Assembly: GCF_963921235.1 (NCBI RefSeq)
Contig: NC_086097.1
Coordinates: forward strand, 211,918,001 to 211,982,000
DNA from: Mobula hypostoma
Lineage: Eukaryota
Length of the DNA: 64,000 nucleotides
Direction of reading: 5' to 3'
Shown: piece after piece, positions 50,151 to 64,000 of the stretch
Position numbering within the stretch: the first letter of the stretch is position 1
Layout: the number at the start of each line of letters is the position of its first letter
Translations under genes and position numbers: made by a program
The notes under the pieces: generated by a model
The model's database searches: none
Told to the model about the DNA's origin: nothing
Seen by the model: only the letters and a program-made list of their open reading frames with translations

Positions 50151-50910
50151 CTTCACTTTAGATTATGTAAGACCATACAGAATAGAACAAAGCTTGCAAA
50201 TCTTTCAATGCACTGAAACTGAGTTGAATGGCAAACACTGATAAAATGGCCATTATATTCCTAAACATTTTAGCACATAAATGAGGTCTGCTATGGCTTG
50301 CAGCAAGGGATTATCTTCATTGCCTGTGGAAAACTAATGGGAACAATGAAGTAAACATAAAGTGAACTATCATTATGTGCAAAACTACTAATTCTCAAAT
50401 GTAAATCCTTGTCTGTATTACTACCTAGAAATGTTTAACGGTAACTGAAATGTTCAAGCTATATTAATATTGGATCCTTGTTTAAAACTACCACTGTTTC
50501 TGAAAGGTTTAATTAAATTATTTTCCAAAAACAACAATCATGCATCTGGAGATAATGTTATCCACATAATTATGCATGTGAAAAGTTGTATACATGTTTA
50601 CAATATCCTTCTGATGTCAGAGCTAGAAAATTTTTTAAAAACATCTTGTTGGCAATGTTACTTATAGAATGATTTGTTCTTCCTGTATTCAAAACATCTG
50701 TCATGATTAATGTTGCTTCTGTTCCTAATCTAGCAGTTTCCATGAGATGAATATTACCAGCTCTCAAAAATAGTACTTTGAAAATGACTGTTGCAACAAC
50801 TATGAGACTCTTCTTAAAATTAAAACCTGAATGATGAAATTTAGTAATTTCAAAACAAGGCATAATCTTAATTAAATTATTGAATTAATAAAATAATGTT
50901 TAGAAGTTCT
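50151..50910 (+). promoter_or_regulatory. Probable 3' UTR with AATAAA polyadenylation signal at 50887-50892
   Basis: Stretch with no recognisable repeat after the stop codon, ending near an AATAAA. The true 3' end is uncertain. Confidence 0.45.
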
Positions 50911-51349
50911 GGTTCTTAGAAGGACAAGCAAATGGTCTTAAAAAGATGTAGAAAACAAAGCCTGAAGCAAAATATGACAGGGAAATTAAAAAAAAAACAA
51001 ACTCTTGGAATTGCTCAGAAGACATGATTATGTTCATTAGAAAATCTAATAGAAATACCCATAAGACTATTTCATGAATGAGTAAGTTGAAAGGTTGAGA
51101 TCACTGATAAATATGCAAATACTAGCACAAAGTTTGTGTTTACAAATACAATATATTAACATACAATAACAGACTATCCTTGACCGTTCAAGCCACGCCC
51201 AACATTTGGTAGATAACTCTCTTTAAAATGAATTAAGTTCTAAGGGATTTCTGTGGAAAATCAAAAAAGGGGAGTGATGAATTTATTGCTGATGTAGAGA
51301 GCCACAGGAAGTAATAAGTAATCAGAATGGAGGGTTGCAGAAGCATTTA

Positions 51350-52165
51350 GCACCAAAGCTCATTCTTATTGATCCTGGTCAGATCATTGTTTTCCTGCCT
51401 AAACCAAGGAATTGATTGTGGACATCAGGATGGGGGAGTCAGAGAACCATACACCAGTCTTCATTGAGGGGTCAGCTGTAGAAAGGGTGGACAGTTGCAA
51501 GTTCCTGAGCTCAACATCTTAGAGGATTTATCCAAGGCCCGACATACTGATGCAATCATGAAGAAGTCACACACAAAATGCTGGAGGAACCCAGCATCTC
51601 GAGCAGCATCTAGGGAGAGGGATAAGCGGGCAATGTTTTGGGCCAAGACCCTGTAGAAGGCATGCCAGTGGCTATACTTCATTCAGAGTTTGAGGAGATT
51701 TGAAAGCCACCAAAGGCTGATGCAAATTTCTATAGATGTACCATGGACAGCATTCTAACTGGTTGCATTCACTGCCTGGTATGGAGGCTGCAATGCACAG
51801 GATCAGAAGAAGCTGCAGAGGTTGTAGAACTCAACTATCTCCATCACCAGCTCAATCTTCTCCACCATCGAGAACATTTTCAAAAGGCGGCATCCATCAT
51901 TAAGGACCCTCACCACTCAGGACATGCCCTGTTCTCATTTCTGGGATCATGGAGGAAGTACAAGGGCCTGAAGATTCACACTTAACATTTTAGGAACACT
52001 TTCTCCTCTACCATCAGCTTTCTGAAAAGTCCATGAACACTACCTCGCTATTCCTGTGTTGCATAATGTATTTATTTTATTATAATGTTTTTGTCTTGCA
52101 CTGTATAGCTATCACAAAACATCAAATTTCATGACATATATCAGTAATTAATAAATCTGATCCTG
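51350..52165 (+). mobile_element. Rex/Babar-type LINE 3' end with a nested Penelope scrap at about 51570-51652
   Basis: ORF 51743..51985 (SIIKDPHHSGHALFS). Confidence 0.7.
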
Positions 52166-53549
52166 AATGGATTATATAACCTGTTGTGTTATAGTATTTT
52201 GACTAGGATCTGAACATTGGGTGCTTAAAATGTGTATTCTCCTTGGTACAGTCTGGTTTAGTGTTGAGATTTTGGTGTAAGACTCAAATTTTCTCAGGTA
52301 TATTTGATCAAATGTCCTTTGAGGGAGACTGGGTGGGGTTGGGAGAACAAATTGTTCTTTTTGTGTCACTCTTTTCAATGTGACATGATGAGAGAAGAGT
52401 AGAGAATTAATGTCTATCATAATCTTTTTGTGCAATTGCATAAAGCCATGCACATCACTTTCAAGAAGGTGAAATTGGCATCCATTAGAGATTCTGAAAC
52501 ACTCCTTTCATAAGCATTGGGCTTTCCGGGAGAGTATTTATTTTCTCCCTTTTTGAAAAGCCAGACTTGCAGTGTTGGATTTGTTTTTCGATTTAGGCAG
52601 ACCATGATTTACACTGATGATACAAGATTTATTGGGAACTTAAATATATATTTGCCTTTAGGATTATCATATGTTAGAAGACGAGGACAATTAAATTCTG
52701 AACGTTGATATTCTAAGACTCTTGATGGTTCATAAAATCAGAAACTAACCTTCTACAGCTGATGCATTTGATGGTTGAGAAGTAAATGTGCTTTTGTGGA
52801 ACATTCCATCTAGTCCAGCTGCTGTGTTTGATAATACTTCACTGATGTTACTCTCATCCAGATCAATTGGTATCTAAATAATATCCCAATATATTTTAAT
52901 TGATTATTACAAAGTGCGATCTTTGAAAGTTGTTTATGGCCTTTGACACTTCCAAGAGCTGGCTTTTGCAACAGCTGTGTAAGCCATAACATTGAATTAT
53001 ACTTTATCATTTCTTAGTCAGTTCCCATGGATGATGAAAGATGTTCTGTCTTCTCAGTTGCCCTGTGAAAAGGAAATTGACGTTGGATAAAGTGTAGATT
53101 CTTTTGTGGGGATAGTCTAGCCAAATATCCAGGCCAATAATCATATTTATACAATGAGAATGCAACCATATTTATGTGAAAGCATTTAAATAAAATACGG
53201 CTCATTTTCCTCCAAACAGTAAAACATTTATGCAAGTTGAATCTTTGCTTTCACAACTGGCCAGACTCATGCAACAGAGCTATTCTAGCATCCCTTCTCA
53301 GTGTGGAAACATGCCTCGTATCAGCCTTCTTTTAATGTTATGCTGCCTTTATGTTGCAGAACAAACTTGCTTCTTTTATTTTGTTCTGGTCCACCAGGTC
53401 TGTTTTCAATTGAAAGTGATAACTTAATATTTAATCTGCTTAACGCTTCTTTCTTGAGAAGATGAATCAATGCAATCAATAGAGTAAGTAACAAATTTGA
53501 TATCTCAGAAATGAGAATTATTATGGAGAGGACAGAAGATAAAGTTATT

Positions 53550-54790
53550 TAGATCATAAGAAATTGGAACAGAATTATATAATTTAACCATTTTGTTCTG
53601 CTCCACCATTTCCCTCTCAACCCCATTTTCCTGCCTTCATGCCCTGAATTATCAAGAATCTATCAACATTTGACCTGTATACACTGAATGACCTGATCTC
53701 CACAGCTGTCCGTGGCAGTGAATTCCACAGGTTAACCACCCTCTGGCTAAAGAAATTCCTCCTCATCTCCCTTTTAAATGGATGTCCCTCTATTCTGAGG
53801 TTGTGCCCTCTGGTCCTAGGTGCCCCAATAATAGGAAACACCCTCTCTATGTTGGCCTTTCAACATTTGATAAGTTTCAATGAGATTTCCCCCAGTCTTC
53901 TAAATTCCAATGAGTACAGGCCCAGAGCCATCAAACACTCCTCATATGTTAACACTTTCAATCCCAGAATCATTTTCATGAACTTCCTTTGAACCCTCTC
54001 CAATGCCAGCACATCTTTTCGTAGATAAGGAGCTCAATACCGCTCACAATTTTCCAAGTGAGGCTCACCATTGCCTTATAAAACCTCAGGGTATATCCTT
54101 GTTTTTATATTCTAGTATATTCCTCTTGAAATGAATGCTAACATTGTATTTGCCTTCCTCACCACCAATTCAACCTAAAAGTTAACCTTTCGGGAATCCT
54201 GCATCGGGACTTCCAAATTCCTTTGCGCTTTGGATTTTTGAATTTTCTCCCCATTTAGAAAATAGTCTATGCTTCTATTTCTCCTACTAAAGTGTATGAT
54301 GATATACATCCCAATGCTATTCCACCTGCTACTTCCTTGCCCATTCTCCTAATCTGTCTAGGTCCTGCAGCCTCCCTGCTTCCTCAACACAACCTGCCCC
54401 TCCACCTATTTTTGTGTCATCTCCAAACTTGGCCATAAAGCCATCAATTCCGTCATCCAAATCATCAACATACAATATAATGAGAAGCGGTCCCAACATC
54501 AACCCCTGCAGAACACCACTAGTCACTGGCAGCCAATCAGAAAGGGCTCCATTTTTTCCCCACTCTTTGTTCCTGCCAATCAGTCCTTGCTAGTATCTTT
54601 CCTGGTTGCTCCTATCTATCCCCTGCTCAGTTTCCCATAGGAACCGAAGTTCATCGATTTGCAGCTCCAGTTCCTTAACATGTTCTCTGAGGAGCTGTAG
54701 CTTGGTGCACTTGGTGCAGATTTGATTGTCCGGGAGGCTGGAGGTTTCCCAGAATTCCCTCATCTCACACAAAGAACGCAGTCCCATTTA
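53550..54790 (-). mobile_element. CR1 with the ORF1 zinc-finger part joined to the RT C-terminal half by a deletion
   Basis: ORF 54590..54787 (CTKCTKLQLL) abuts ORF 54329..54526 (KFGDDTK) and ORF 53617..53841. Confidence 0.78.
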
Positions 54791-54949
54791 GAACCATTCT
54801 CACTGCACTGTGTAGGGAAAAGGGAGGTAGATGGAGATGAGTCCATGGTCAGATCAGCCATAATCTTATTGAATGGCGGAGAAGGCTTGATGGGCTGGAT
54901 GGCCTACTTCTGCTCCTATTTCTTATATTATTATGTTCTGTCTCATATA

Positions 54950-55875
54950 TGACCTGAATCCATTTCAATTTGCCTACCTCCACAACAGGTCAACAGCAAA
55001 TACGATTTCTCTGGCCCTTAGCTCTGCATTATCTGGACAACAGCATTTGATAAGCTGATAACTGACTACAACTTAGTGTTCAAAACAACCATCACACCCA
55101 AACTCACCATCAAGCTTCAAAACCTGGGTCTCCATTCCTTCCTCTGCAACTGTATCATCAACTTTCTCATTGGCAGACCTCAAGGATTGGAAACAACATC
55201 TCCTCCTCCAGGTGCTCCTCAAGCCTGCATGCTGAATCCATTGCTGTACTCTCTGTACTTATGAGACTGTGCAGCTAGCCAGAAATTCACTGACAACTCC
55301 AATGTTTTTGAGCCAATCAGAGGTGGTGATGAGTCAACATACAGAGTGAGTGGTGTCATGACAATATCTAATGCCAAAAATAAAGACAACAGTAAAACTA
55401 AAGAACTGACTCTTAACTTAAGGAAGAGAAAGGAGGACAAGCTTGCATTGGTTTACTTTGATGGATTAGTTGTGGAAAAGATCTGCAGCTTTAAATTTTT
55501 GTCTGTTAACATACCAGATCACCTGTCTTAGGCCCAGCATGTGAATGTAATCACAAGAAAGGTACACCAGCATGCTTATTTTCTCCAACAAACTTCTACA
55601 GACGTACTGCTGAAAGTATCCTGATAGGGTTGCAACATGGTCTGGTACAGCAATTCAAATATGCAGGAATGTAAGAGGTTGCGGGGAGAGCCCATTACAT
55701 CATAGGCACATCCCTCCCCAACAGAGATGGTATCTACATGAGGTGCTGCCTTAAGAAGGTGACATAAATCATCAAAGATCACTTCCATCCAGACCATATC
55801 ATCTTCTTGCAACTATCTTCAGGCAAGCCTGAAGTCCCATATCGCCAGGTTCAGGAACACCTACTTAGCTTCAAC
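54950..55875 (+). mobile_element. Decayed Rex/Babar-type LINE RT fragment
   Basis: GAPQAC.L.PLLYSLY, SKTKEL and SFKFL motifs. Confidence 0.7.
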
Positions 55876-56432
55876 TATTCCTGACTTGGATGAAAATGTA
55901 AATGGATGCATTAGCAAATTTACAATGACACCATGGTTAGTGGAGTTGTGGGAAGTGTAAGGGATTACCAAAGTATGCAGAAGGATATAGACAAGTTACA
56001 GATATGAACAGAGAAGTGATAGATGGAGTTTCACAGACAAGTGTGAGGTGTTGTACTTTGGTGGAGTTTGGGAGGCTTTCAAACACACAAACGTGAAGGG
56101 AATGGAGGGATATGGATGATGTCCATATGGAGGACATTTTGTACAGATTAGCGTCAAAATCAGCGGAACATCATGCCCAATGCTGTTCTATATTATAAAT
56201 TGTTATCCAGTCTGAAACCAAAAATTGTCAACTGGTTCTTGAAACAACAAATTCTTTAACACTATGTTGAATATACTGTTAGGCTTGCTGCATTCACTGT
56301 TCTCAAACATTTCTTGATGACACATGGTATAAAATAAATTGACTAAGAACTTCAAGGAAACTGAGGTAGAATAGATTTATAATATTTTGGCTTAAAATGC
56401 AACTTACATACTTGTTTACTGGGTTCCCATTT

Positions 56433-59400
56433 TGTTAGTAATAATACTGATAATATTTCAGTAATATTGTAAATATATTAAGCATTCTTTGTTTAAATAA
56501 TTCATTATATGTAAAATATGTGAATGGCATATGTCATTGCACCACCATGTCATATTTGCAAGTCTCACTGAAGTAAAAAATGAAACTGAGGTGAGCATCT
56601 CCCAGCTCCATGTTTTTCTTTCAATTAGTTTTATGGTTTGGAGTTACAGAACATAATAGTGGTGACAACTACCATCCTGTTTGAAGCCCAGGTCTCTTTT
56701 CTTTGTAACTGGTAAAGATATGTCCAAGTTTAAAAAAAAACACAATGAGTCCATAGAGTTTTTAAAGAAGTGTGGTTTCTTCAGAAAAGGAAAGATGATC
56801 GAGATTAAAACAATGGCAGAAAATGGATAAAATTCATGGGTTCATAAGCAGTGAATACTGGGTGGTAATAATAAATTAAGCAGAACTGGCTAGCTGCAGT
56901 GGAAAGATAGATGTGTTCAATTGCATAACAGATAACTGTAATACATATACTGAGTGAATTGAACAGTATTTTGAAGCAATGAAATAGCCAATGAGAAGCG
57001 AGTGCCAGTTTTACTGAGTGTATTGGGTGGGAAAGCAAACAGTTAACTTTGAAGTTTGACTGCTCTAACCAAACCAGCCAAAATGAGCTTAGTTGATATC
57101 ATGAAAGTAATGCAGGAACATTTAGAACCAAAACCATTGTTGATTGCAGAACACCTTACATAAAAAGGATGTGCCAACATTGGAGAGGGTTCAAAGGAGG
57201 TTCACAAAAATTATTCCAGGATTGAAGAGCATTTGAAGGCTCTGGGCCCATATTCACTAGAATTCAGAAGAATGAGGAGTGACTCAATTGAAACCTATTA
57301 AATGTTGAAAGGCCTCAATAGAGTGGATGTGGAGAGGATGTGTTTTGTGGTGTAAGAATCTAGGACCAGAGGACACAGCCTCAGAATAGAGGTATGTCCT
57401 TCTAGAACAGAGATGGGAGGAATTTCTTTAGCCAGAATGGTGAATCTGTGAAATTCATTGTCACAGGTGGCTGTGGAGGCCAAGTCTTTACGTATATTTA
57501 AGGCAGAGGTTGATAGATTCTTGATTGGTCAGGGCATGATGGTATTCAGGGAGAAGGCAGGAGATTGAGGCTGATGGGGGAAATGGATCAACCATGATAA
57601 AATGGCAGAGCAGACTTCATGGGCCAAATGGCCTGATTCAGCTCCCATATCTTATAGTCTTTAGGTTTCATAAGTGGAATCCATTTCAGCATACGTAGCT
57701 GAATTGAAGAAGCTGTCAGTTTAGTGATGGGCTTGATGCACTGAGGTTGTTTAGTTTGTGGAATCTTACAAGAAAGCATTTAAAACTGGCTCCAAACTGA
57801 AACACAACTTACTTTTAAAAGAGCAGTTGAAATTGCTGTTTCAATGGAAACAGCAGACAGAAACGCAATTGTGTTGTAGTCAGGAATGAAAGTGATCGTG
57901 AACAAAATTGTAACATTTAAACAGAAACTGGCCAGGCTAAACAAATTGTGTTATCGTTGTGCTAGAGACTCACATACACCAGAACAATGCAGGTTTAAAG
58001 GTAAAACTTGCAGAAAATGTAACAACGTAGGGCACATACAAACAGAATGTTGGGCAGAGAGAAATAAATGGACTGCACAGGGAAGAGAAAAAGCTGATAA
58101 GTCAATTTGCAGTTTTAGAAAGAACACTGATTTGCATGCCGCTGATGAAAAATCTGATACTGATGAGACACAGGACTGAGTAGTCTTGAAATTTACAGTG
58201 TGAAAACTAACAATAGACAAGCAATATGGATTACACCAGAAGTGAATTGCAAATGAACTAAAATGGAATTAGACACTGGCTCAGCTGTTTCAGTTCTTCC
58301 ACAAATGCAAATCTTACACCTTCTCATTTAAATTGGTGCTACTGAAGACTGGCAGCATCTGACTGGTAGTTCATAAAGCAAGAAATACAACTAAGTATTT
58401 ATAATACCTTTTCTGTTAGGAATTGTGGTAAATAATCATTGCAAACAATGAAGAGGTGAGCAAAGGTGAGGCTGACTCGAGGGTTGAGGCTTGCGATGCC
58501 TTTTTGGAGTGAGGTCAAGATATGCTCAAGGAGAAGTGGTTGGAACAAGGTTGAAATGGGGCCGGGGCATGCAAAGGGAAGTAAAGTCAGAGCAGAGGAG
58601 ATTCGGAGGCTGTCCACCTAAAGTGAGAGCGGGGTTTGATCAACCTAAGTGTTGGGCTGATTTGGAATGGTCGGAACATTTGGAATGATTGAGGATGTTT
58701 GGAATGATTTGGGAACATGATGGCAGGGTTCAGGCCCTGAGCTTATCGATATAACAGCCCGGGTCCTAGTGTGAGATGTTTGGAAAATTTAAACGCCAGG
58801 CTGGATGGATGAAAAGACAGCGTATTGGGACTGGAGGCAAGGATCAAGCTGGTTCTGCTCACTGCTCCAAGACATTTACTCCGCTCTCCATGGCGCTGAG
58901 GCTGAGGCTGTGGCCTGTTCCGGTCTTCATATGTACCGAGTTGCTTTCATTCTGAATACTGTTGCTTGTTTTTATTGTTTGCATGTTATGTGTTTTTTCT
59001 TCTTTCTCGCTGCGCATTAGTTGTTTGTTAGACTTTTTTCAGTGGGTTCTTTCTGATATCTTGTTTTGTGGCTGCCTGTGAGTTGTATAATTGATACATA
59101 CTTTGATTATAAATTTACCTTGAACTTTTAAAATGAGCTTGAACAGCATTTCAAAGATACTGAAGTGAAGTCTACAGACATCCAACTAAGAACTTGTACT
59201 GGAGAAAAGATAACTCCTATGGGAATAACATTTGTAACAGTGAAATATAACAACCAACAAGCAGAACTAGGCTTGTATGTGGTAAAAACAAAAAGACCGG
59301 CATTATGGGGTCATAAGTGCTCCGAAAACTACAACTTGACTGGAGGTCCATGTACTATTTGCATACCACACCCCCCTGCAATAGATTCAATTGAAAATGA

Positions 59401-61625
59401 ATTAAGAAAGGTACTGGATGATGCCACAGCAGTGTTCAAGGGTAGCTTTGGAAAACTCAAACATATCAAGGGTAAAATGGTGTTAAATGAAATTGCCAAA
59501 GCCCATCTAGTTCCTTATACCATCCATATCAGTGAGCTAGATCGCATGCAGGCTGAAATAATTTTTCCAAGGTTGAGTGGAGTCAATGGGCAACACCAGT
59601 GGTCTGAGTAGCCAAGAAGAAAAGGTCTGTTAGGATCTGTGGGGTCACCATCAACCCAGTACTGAAAGTAGATCAATACTCTCTGCCCAGGATAGAGGAG
59701 ATCTTTGCAAACCTTTCTGGAGGAAAGCATTTCAGTAAAGTGGAGTTCCTGAGGCCTACCTACAAATGGAGATGGAAGAGTCCAAAGTGTTTCTCACCAT
59801 AACACCCACAAAGGGCATTATCACTATAATAGGTTTATTTTTTTGAGTTGCATCCACACCTGCTCTCTGGCAGAAAGCTATGGACCAGGTACTGCAAGGC
59901 TGCCCAGGCACTCAGTGTGACCTGGATGACATCATTGCTACTGGTAACTCCAAACTCTCAAGACAGTGTTAAAAGGACTACAAGGTTATGGGCTCAGATC
60001 ACAACATGGCAAGTGTGAATTCTTTCAAGGAAGCATCACTTACTGTGGTCACACCATTGACATACAAGAATTACCCAAGTGTGCTGAGAAAAGTCAACCA
60101 GTGCTGGATGCCCCAACCCAAAGGATGTGTCACAGTTGAGGTCCTTTTTAGAATTTGTCAATTACTGTAACACGTTCGAGCCAAACCTGGCCTCTGTGCT
60201 TCACTCCTAGAACTCAATAGTACAGATTGGGAAAAATGGCAATGGACAAAGCAATTTGAGGTGGCTTTCCAAAAGGCAAAGGGAATTGTGACATCAGACA
60301 CTGTACTCACACATTGTGATCCACATTGTTCAGTGAAGCTTGGCAGTGAAGCTTCACCTTATGGTATAGGTGCAGTCATGTTATATGTTATGAGTGATGG
60401 AGGTAGCCTTTACATCACATTACCTTACTGTTGCCAAGAAAATTATGCACAGATTGACAGAGACGCCTTGAATCTGGTTTGGGGTGTAAAAACATTTCAA
60501 CTGGTACTTGAGGAGAGCGTTTCCCCCCATTATTGATGATCAACCATTGATGTCCATTTTGAATCCACAGAAGGACCCTCCACTAACAGCAGCAGCACAA
60601 ATGCAGAGATGGGCTCTGTTTCTTGGAGTACACAAGTATAAGACCAAATTCAAGATGACAACTAATCATGAAAATGCTGACAGCTTGTCCTATTTGCTCG
60701 TGGATAAAGAAAAATTTACAAAAGAGGCTACTTCTCTTGACATATTCTCCTTAATGCAAATCAAAAGACTCTCTATCACAGCAGAGATGATCCACGGGGA
60801 AACCGGAAAAGACCCCATACATGGCAATGCAAAATGAATGTTAAGTGCAGCAGAAATCCCAGTTTCTCTATTGTTACCAATGCTGGGATGAACTTGCACT
60901 TAAAGGAGGTTGCCTCATGTGGGGATTGAGAGTTGTTGTATCATCCAAGTTGAGAGCTAAAGTGTTGGAGGATCTATATGCCAGTCATCTAGGGATAGTC
61001 AAAATGAAAGTGTTGGCTCAAATCTTTGTCTGGTCAGCAGACTGATCAACTTACCATGCACTGTTCGGGATACACCACCTCCAGACGACAGGTGTCCAGA
61101 GCTATCAGAGCTGCTCCCTGCAGTCCTAGAGTCAATTCTTAAAACCACCACAGAGCAGGTCCCAGAGCCTGAGATTGTTTCACAGCCACAAATCTCACCT
61201 TCCAAGCAGTGTGATACCCCCCCCACCCCCTTGTTAGAAAAGACATTATCCTGTAAGAGCAAGAAATCCACCACAGCAAATAAATCTTGAGGCACGAATG
61301 GGACAAATTAAAATTTACTATGCTGTGGATGTCTATATAGTAGTTGTATTATATAGTTAAGATGCATTCAATATTGAGTTGCAGTTTATATCTTAGCAAG
61401 GAGGAGTGATGTGTTTTTAATATTTTATTGATATTATACTATTGTAAATATATATGGTTTAATTAGTTTAAATAATTCATTGCAGGTTATATAATATGTA
61501 TAAGTAAATTACACCACCACATCATATTTATGTGTCTTGCTAAAGCAAAACCGAAACTAAGACATGCATCTCCTAGCTCCATTTCTTTTAATTAGTTTTA
61601 TGTTTTGGAATTACAAAACATAACA
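56433..61625 (+). mobile_element. Gypsy/Ty3 LTR retrotransposon, decayed, with the integrase core deleted
   Basis: Diverged LTRs of about 220 bp (about 56433-56658 and 61407-61625); PBS-like gtggtgac; PPT agcaaggaggag. Two CCHC knuckles (ORF 57886), protease ELDTGSAVS, RT (CDLDDII), RNase H (EASPYGIGAV) and the start of the integrase H2C2 region. Confidence 0.85.
57158..57660 (+). mobile_element. CR1 3' end nested in the Gypsy gag region
   Basis: LERVQRRFTK-like sequence and a CR1 tail; the gag IAE/RFHK motif resumes on both sides. Confidence 0.8.
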
Positions 61626-62295
61626 TCCCTTTTGTCGATGATGGTGTTTAAGAAGTCACTTCTGTGTACCTGTTTAAGAGGGCTAAACTTAAGTCAAGAT
61701 TTGAAGCTGTATGTGGTGTAAGAATCTATTAATACCCTCACTTTAGGGAGATTTTACTGTATCAACCTGCACTTCAAGGATTTTAGTTCACTACTTTGGT
61801 CCCTTCCTGAAGAGGTTTAGCTGTCAAATAAAACTAAAGTTAATCTTCAGTCATTATTCCCACCTATTTAAAATTTAAGGGATTTTGTTTTGTAACTTCA
61901 CCTGTTTTGACATCCAAAAATTCAAAAGTAATTCTGGGTTTTAAGTTACAATTTGTAAGCATAAGGCATGTCTTTAAAGTGCAGAAGGACATGGATTTTG
62001 TGGAAATGGTGAATGGTGATAACTGAGAACTTGTATTCCCAATTATTATATGTAAAACTGACACAAATTTAGGCTTTTCACAATACAGTGTTTATTTTAA
62101 AGTTTCTACAAATTAATATCCTATGTACAGACTGTGGTTAGATGTAAAGCATGAACAAGGCATAACACATTGTGGTTATGATATCAGTTACCTTTAAAAT
62201 CTAAGATAAAGTCCAAGTGATTTTAAATGGAGTTTTCAGCTATAACTGCAGGTGAGCAAAGTCTTTTCATAAAATGTTTTTTCAGATAAATATAT

Positions 62296-63019
62296 TGTCA
62301 ATATTTTTAGTATTTCAATTGGGAGGGGATCCTGGGGTGCCTTAACTGTTTGGAGAGAGACATTTATCATTGATGGTTTGTTTGGAAAGGAGAGAGAGAC
62401 AGAGTTATTTACCACTGATATGTTGCTTTTGAAAAGAGAGAGAGAGAGAGAGAGACGAAGATTAACGGTTGGACTGTCACTTTAAGGCATTGGAAGTAAC
62501 TTTGGATTTTTACTGAGTTTGGAGTTGGAGACAGCACCGAGCAGCTCGAAAGTTGCTATGGTGACTGAAGGCAGTGTTAATTAATGGACACTCGATGTTA
62601 TGATTTTCAACACATTGTTGATATTTCTTCAAGGACTTGTTGCCTGCTTGTACTCCTTTACAGACAAAGGAGGGAGGGACTCTTTGACTGATAGGTGATG
62701 CTCAGCCTGGTGAAATAAATGGGAGGTCAGATGATACAGACCTGAGGACACATGATCTAGACACTGAAGGAGCATTGTTGTGCCCGCAGAGAAAGTGGGT
62801 TTTGGAGGATCGATCAGGCAGATCGATTCCAAATTGCAATTCCAACGTAGGAGAAGGGGTTGACTGGTGGGGAGTTGTCTATGTGTCCACCCTTGCCAGG
62901 GTGATAGCTCCACCACAGGAAGACCAGTCCCCCTGGTTAAAGTCACAGTCGGTGACTTGTAAAGGATTTCGGAGGACGACGAGAAGATCGATGGCATCAG
63001 CTCACCTGAAGACTCAACT

Positions 63020-63052
<33 letters not shown>

Positions 63053-64000
63053 ACTACTCAACTAAATACCACGAACTGAACTGAACTGAACTTTACTCAA
63101 CATCGTAAGACTGTCCCCCCTAGACTTAACGAAGCTTGGTTTTCATACATATATATTCCACACTTACTTTTATATATAATCATTGCTAACCTGTTTGATT
63201 TATTTACATTTATATTACTGTATTGCGTAGTTACTAATAAATATTAGTAGTTTATAGCAACATGAGACTCCAAAGTGTTTTCCATCTCTGCTGGTTTCTT
63301 AATCCCCGTCACGGGGTACGTGACATAAATTGGGGCCTGTGTCCACGATATGAACAAATTGGTCGGGAGGCTGGTTTGAATTGATTGGGGAAAATCCCTT
63401 TTGAATTTGGACTTTTGATTTGGTTATGTGGAAAAACAGCGGAAATGGGTGTTACAGATTTTCTGAAATCACCAGACCTGGTGACATTGAAGTTTGCTAA
63501 AAAGTATGAGTTGCGGGACATCGCTGAAGAATTGAGAATTGAGGTAAAGAAGGGTGTGAGTAAGGTAGTAATTCAAAGGAAAATAGTTGAATATTATATA
63601 GATAAGGGAACATTTGATGAGGAGGCGTTAGAGTTGTTCGTGGAAGGTGAACCTACTGAGGATGAGTTTCAGCTTCTGTTGGAAATGGTAAACAGGGAGC
63701 ATGAACTGAATTTAAAACAGCTCGAGAGGGAGGCCAGAGAGGCAGAGAAATGAAGAGAAGAGGCAGCAAGACAGTGAGAGGAGGCAGAAAGACAGAGACA
63801 GCTCGAGAGGGAGAAATGGCAAGGTGAATGTCATGTGGCAGAAAGGCAGAGACAGTTTAAAAGGGAGAGGTTGCAGCAAAGAGGTTTATTGTCGGACCCT
63901 GATGATTTTTACAGCTCGGAAGGGCTAGTTTCGTGTGATGAATTTAAAAGTTGTGTAAATGATGAGGGAAGGGCATATGCAGTGGCAGGAGATGCCCCTA
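62296..64000 (+). mobile_element. Second Gypsy element: 5' LTR (about 62296-63325), PBS and gag start, running off the window
   Basis: tgtca...tgaca termini, aataaa near the LTR end, and a degenerate tRNA-Pro-like PBS tggggcctgtgtcc. ORF 63385..63753 resembles a gag N-terminus followed by an E/R-rich coiled coil. The LTR 5' boundary is uncertain. Confidence 0.75.

Noticed and set aside
52400..62290. Exons of a neighbouring gene such as CYP7A1 on the - strand
   Set aside because: No cytochrome P450 motif or other credible exon was found.

Overview
Vertebrate genomic DNA that is AT-rich and dense in transposable elements. The mix of CR1, Rex/Babar, Penelope, L1 and Gypsy elements suggests a cartilaginous fish, probably a ray; this is inference, not a database result. 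One host gene is visible on the + strand: eight coding exons (15086-50150, 1008 nt, 335 aa plus stop, all GT-AG and phase-compatible) of a p97/VCP adaptor of the p47/p37 family (SHP-SEP-SHP-UBX). Its diagnostic residues look like UBXN2B (p37), but it keeps NSFL1C (p47)-like ancestral features. Exon 1 was not found and is probably upstream of the window. The rest is mostly decayed and often nested mobile DNA: a near-complete CR1, two twin-primed (5'-inverted) L1-type insertions with 17-bp TSDs, a solo LTR, two Gypsy elements, an ERV gag/RNase H relic, a Tigger/pogo element and a tRNA-derived SINE. The most notable non-protein signal is a family of Penelope-derived insertions carrying minimal type I hammerhead ribozyme motifs (CUGANGA...GAAAC GUC). 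About ten traces are present, several as fold-back mini-elements with variable-length TSDs, and one is a chimeric copy whose helix I could be completed by host sequence. No CRISPR array, prokaryotic system, rRNA or true tRNA is supported.
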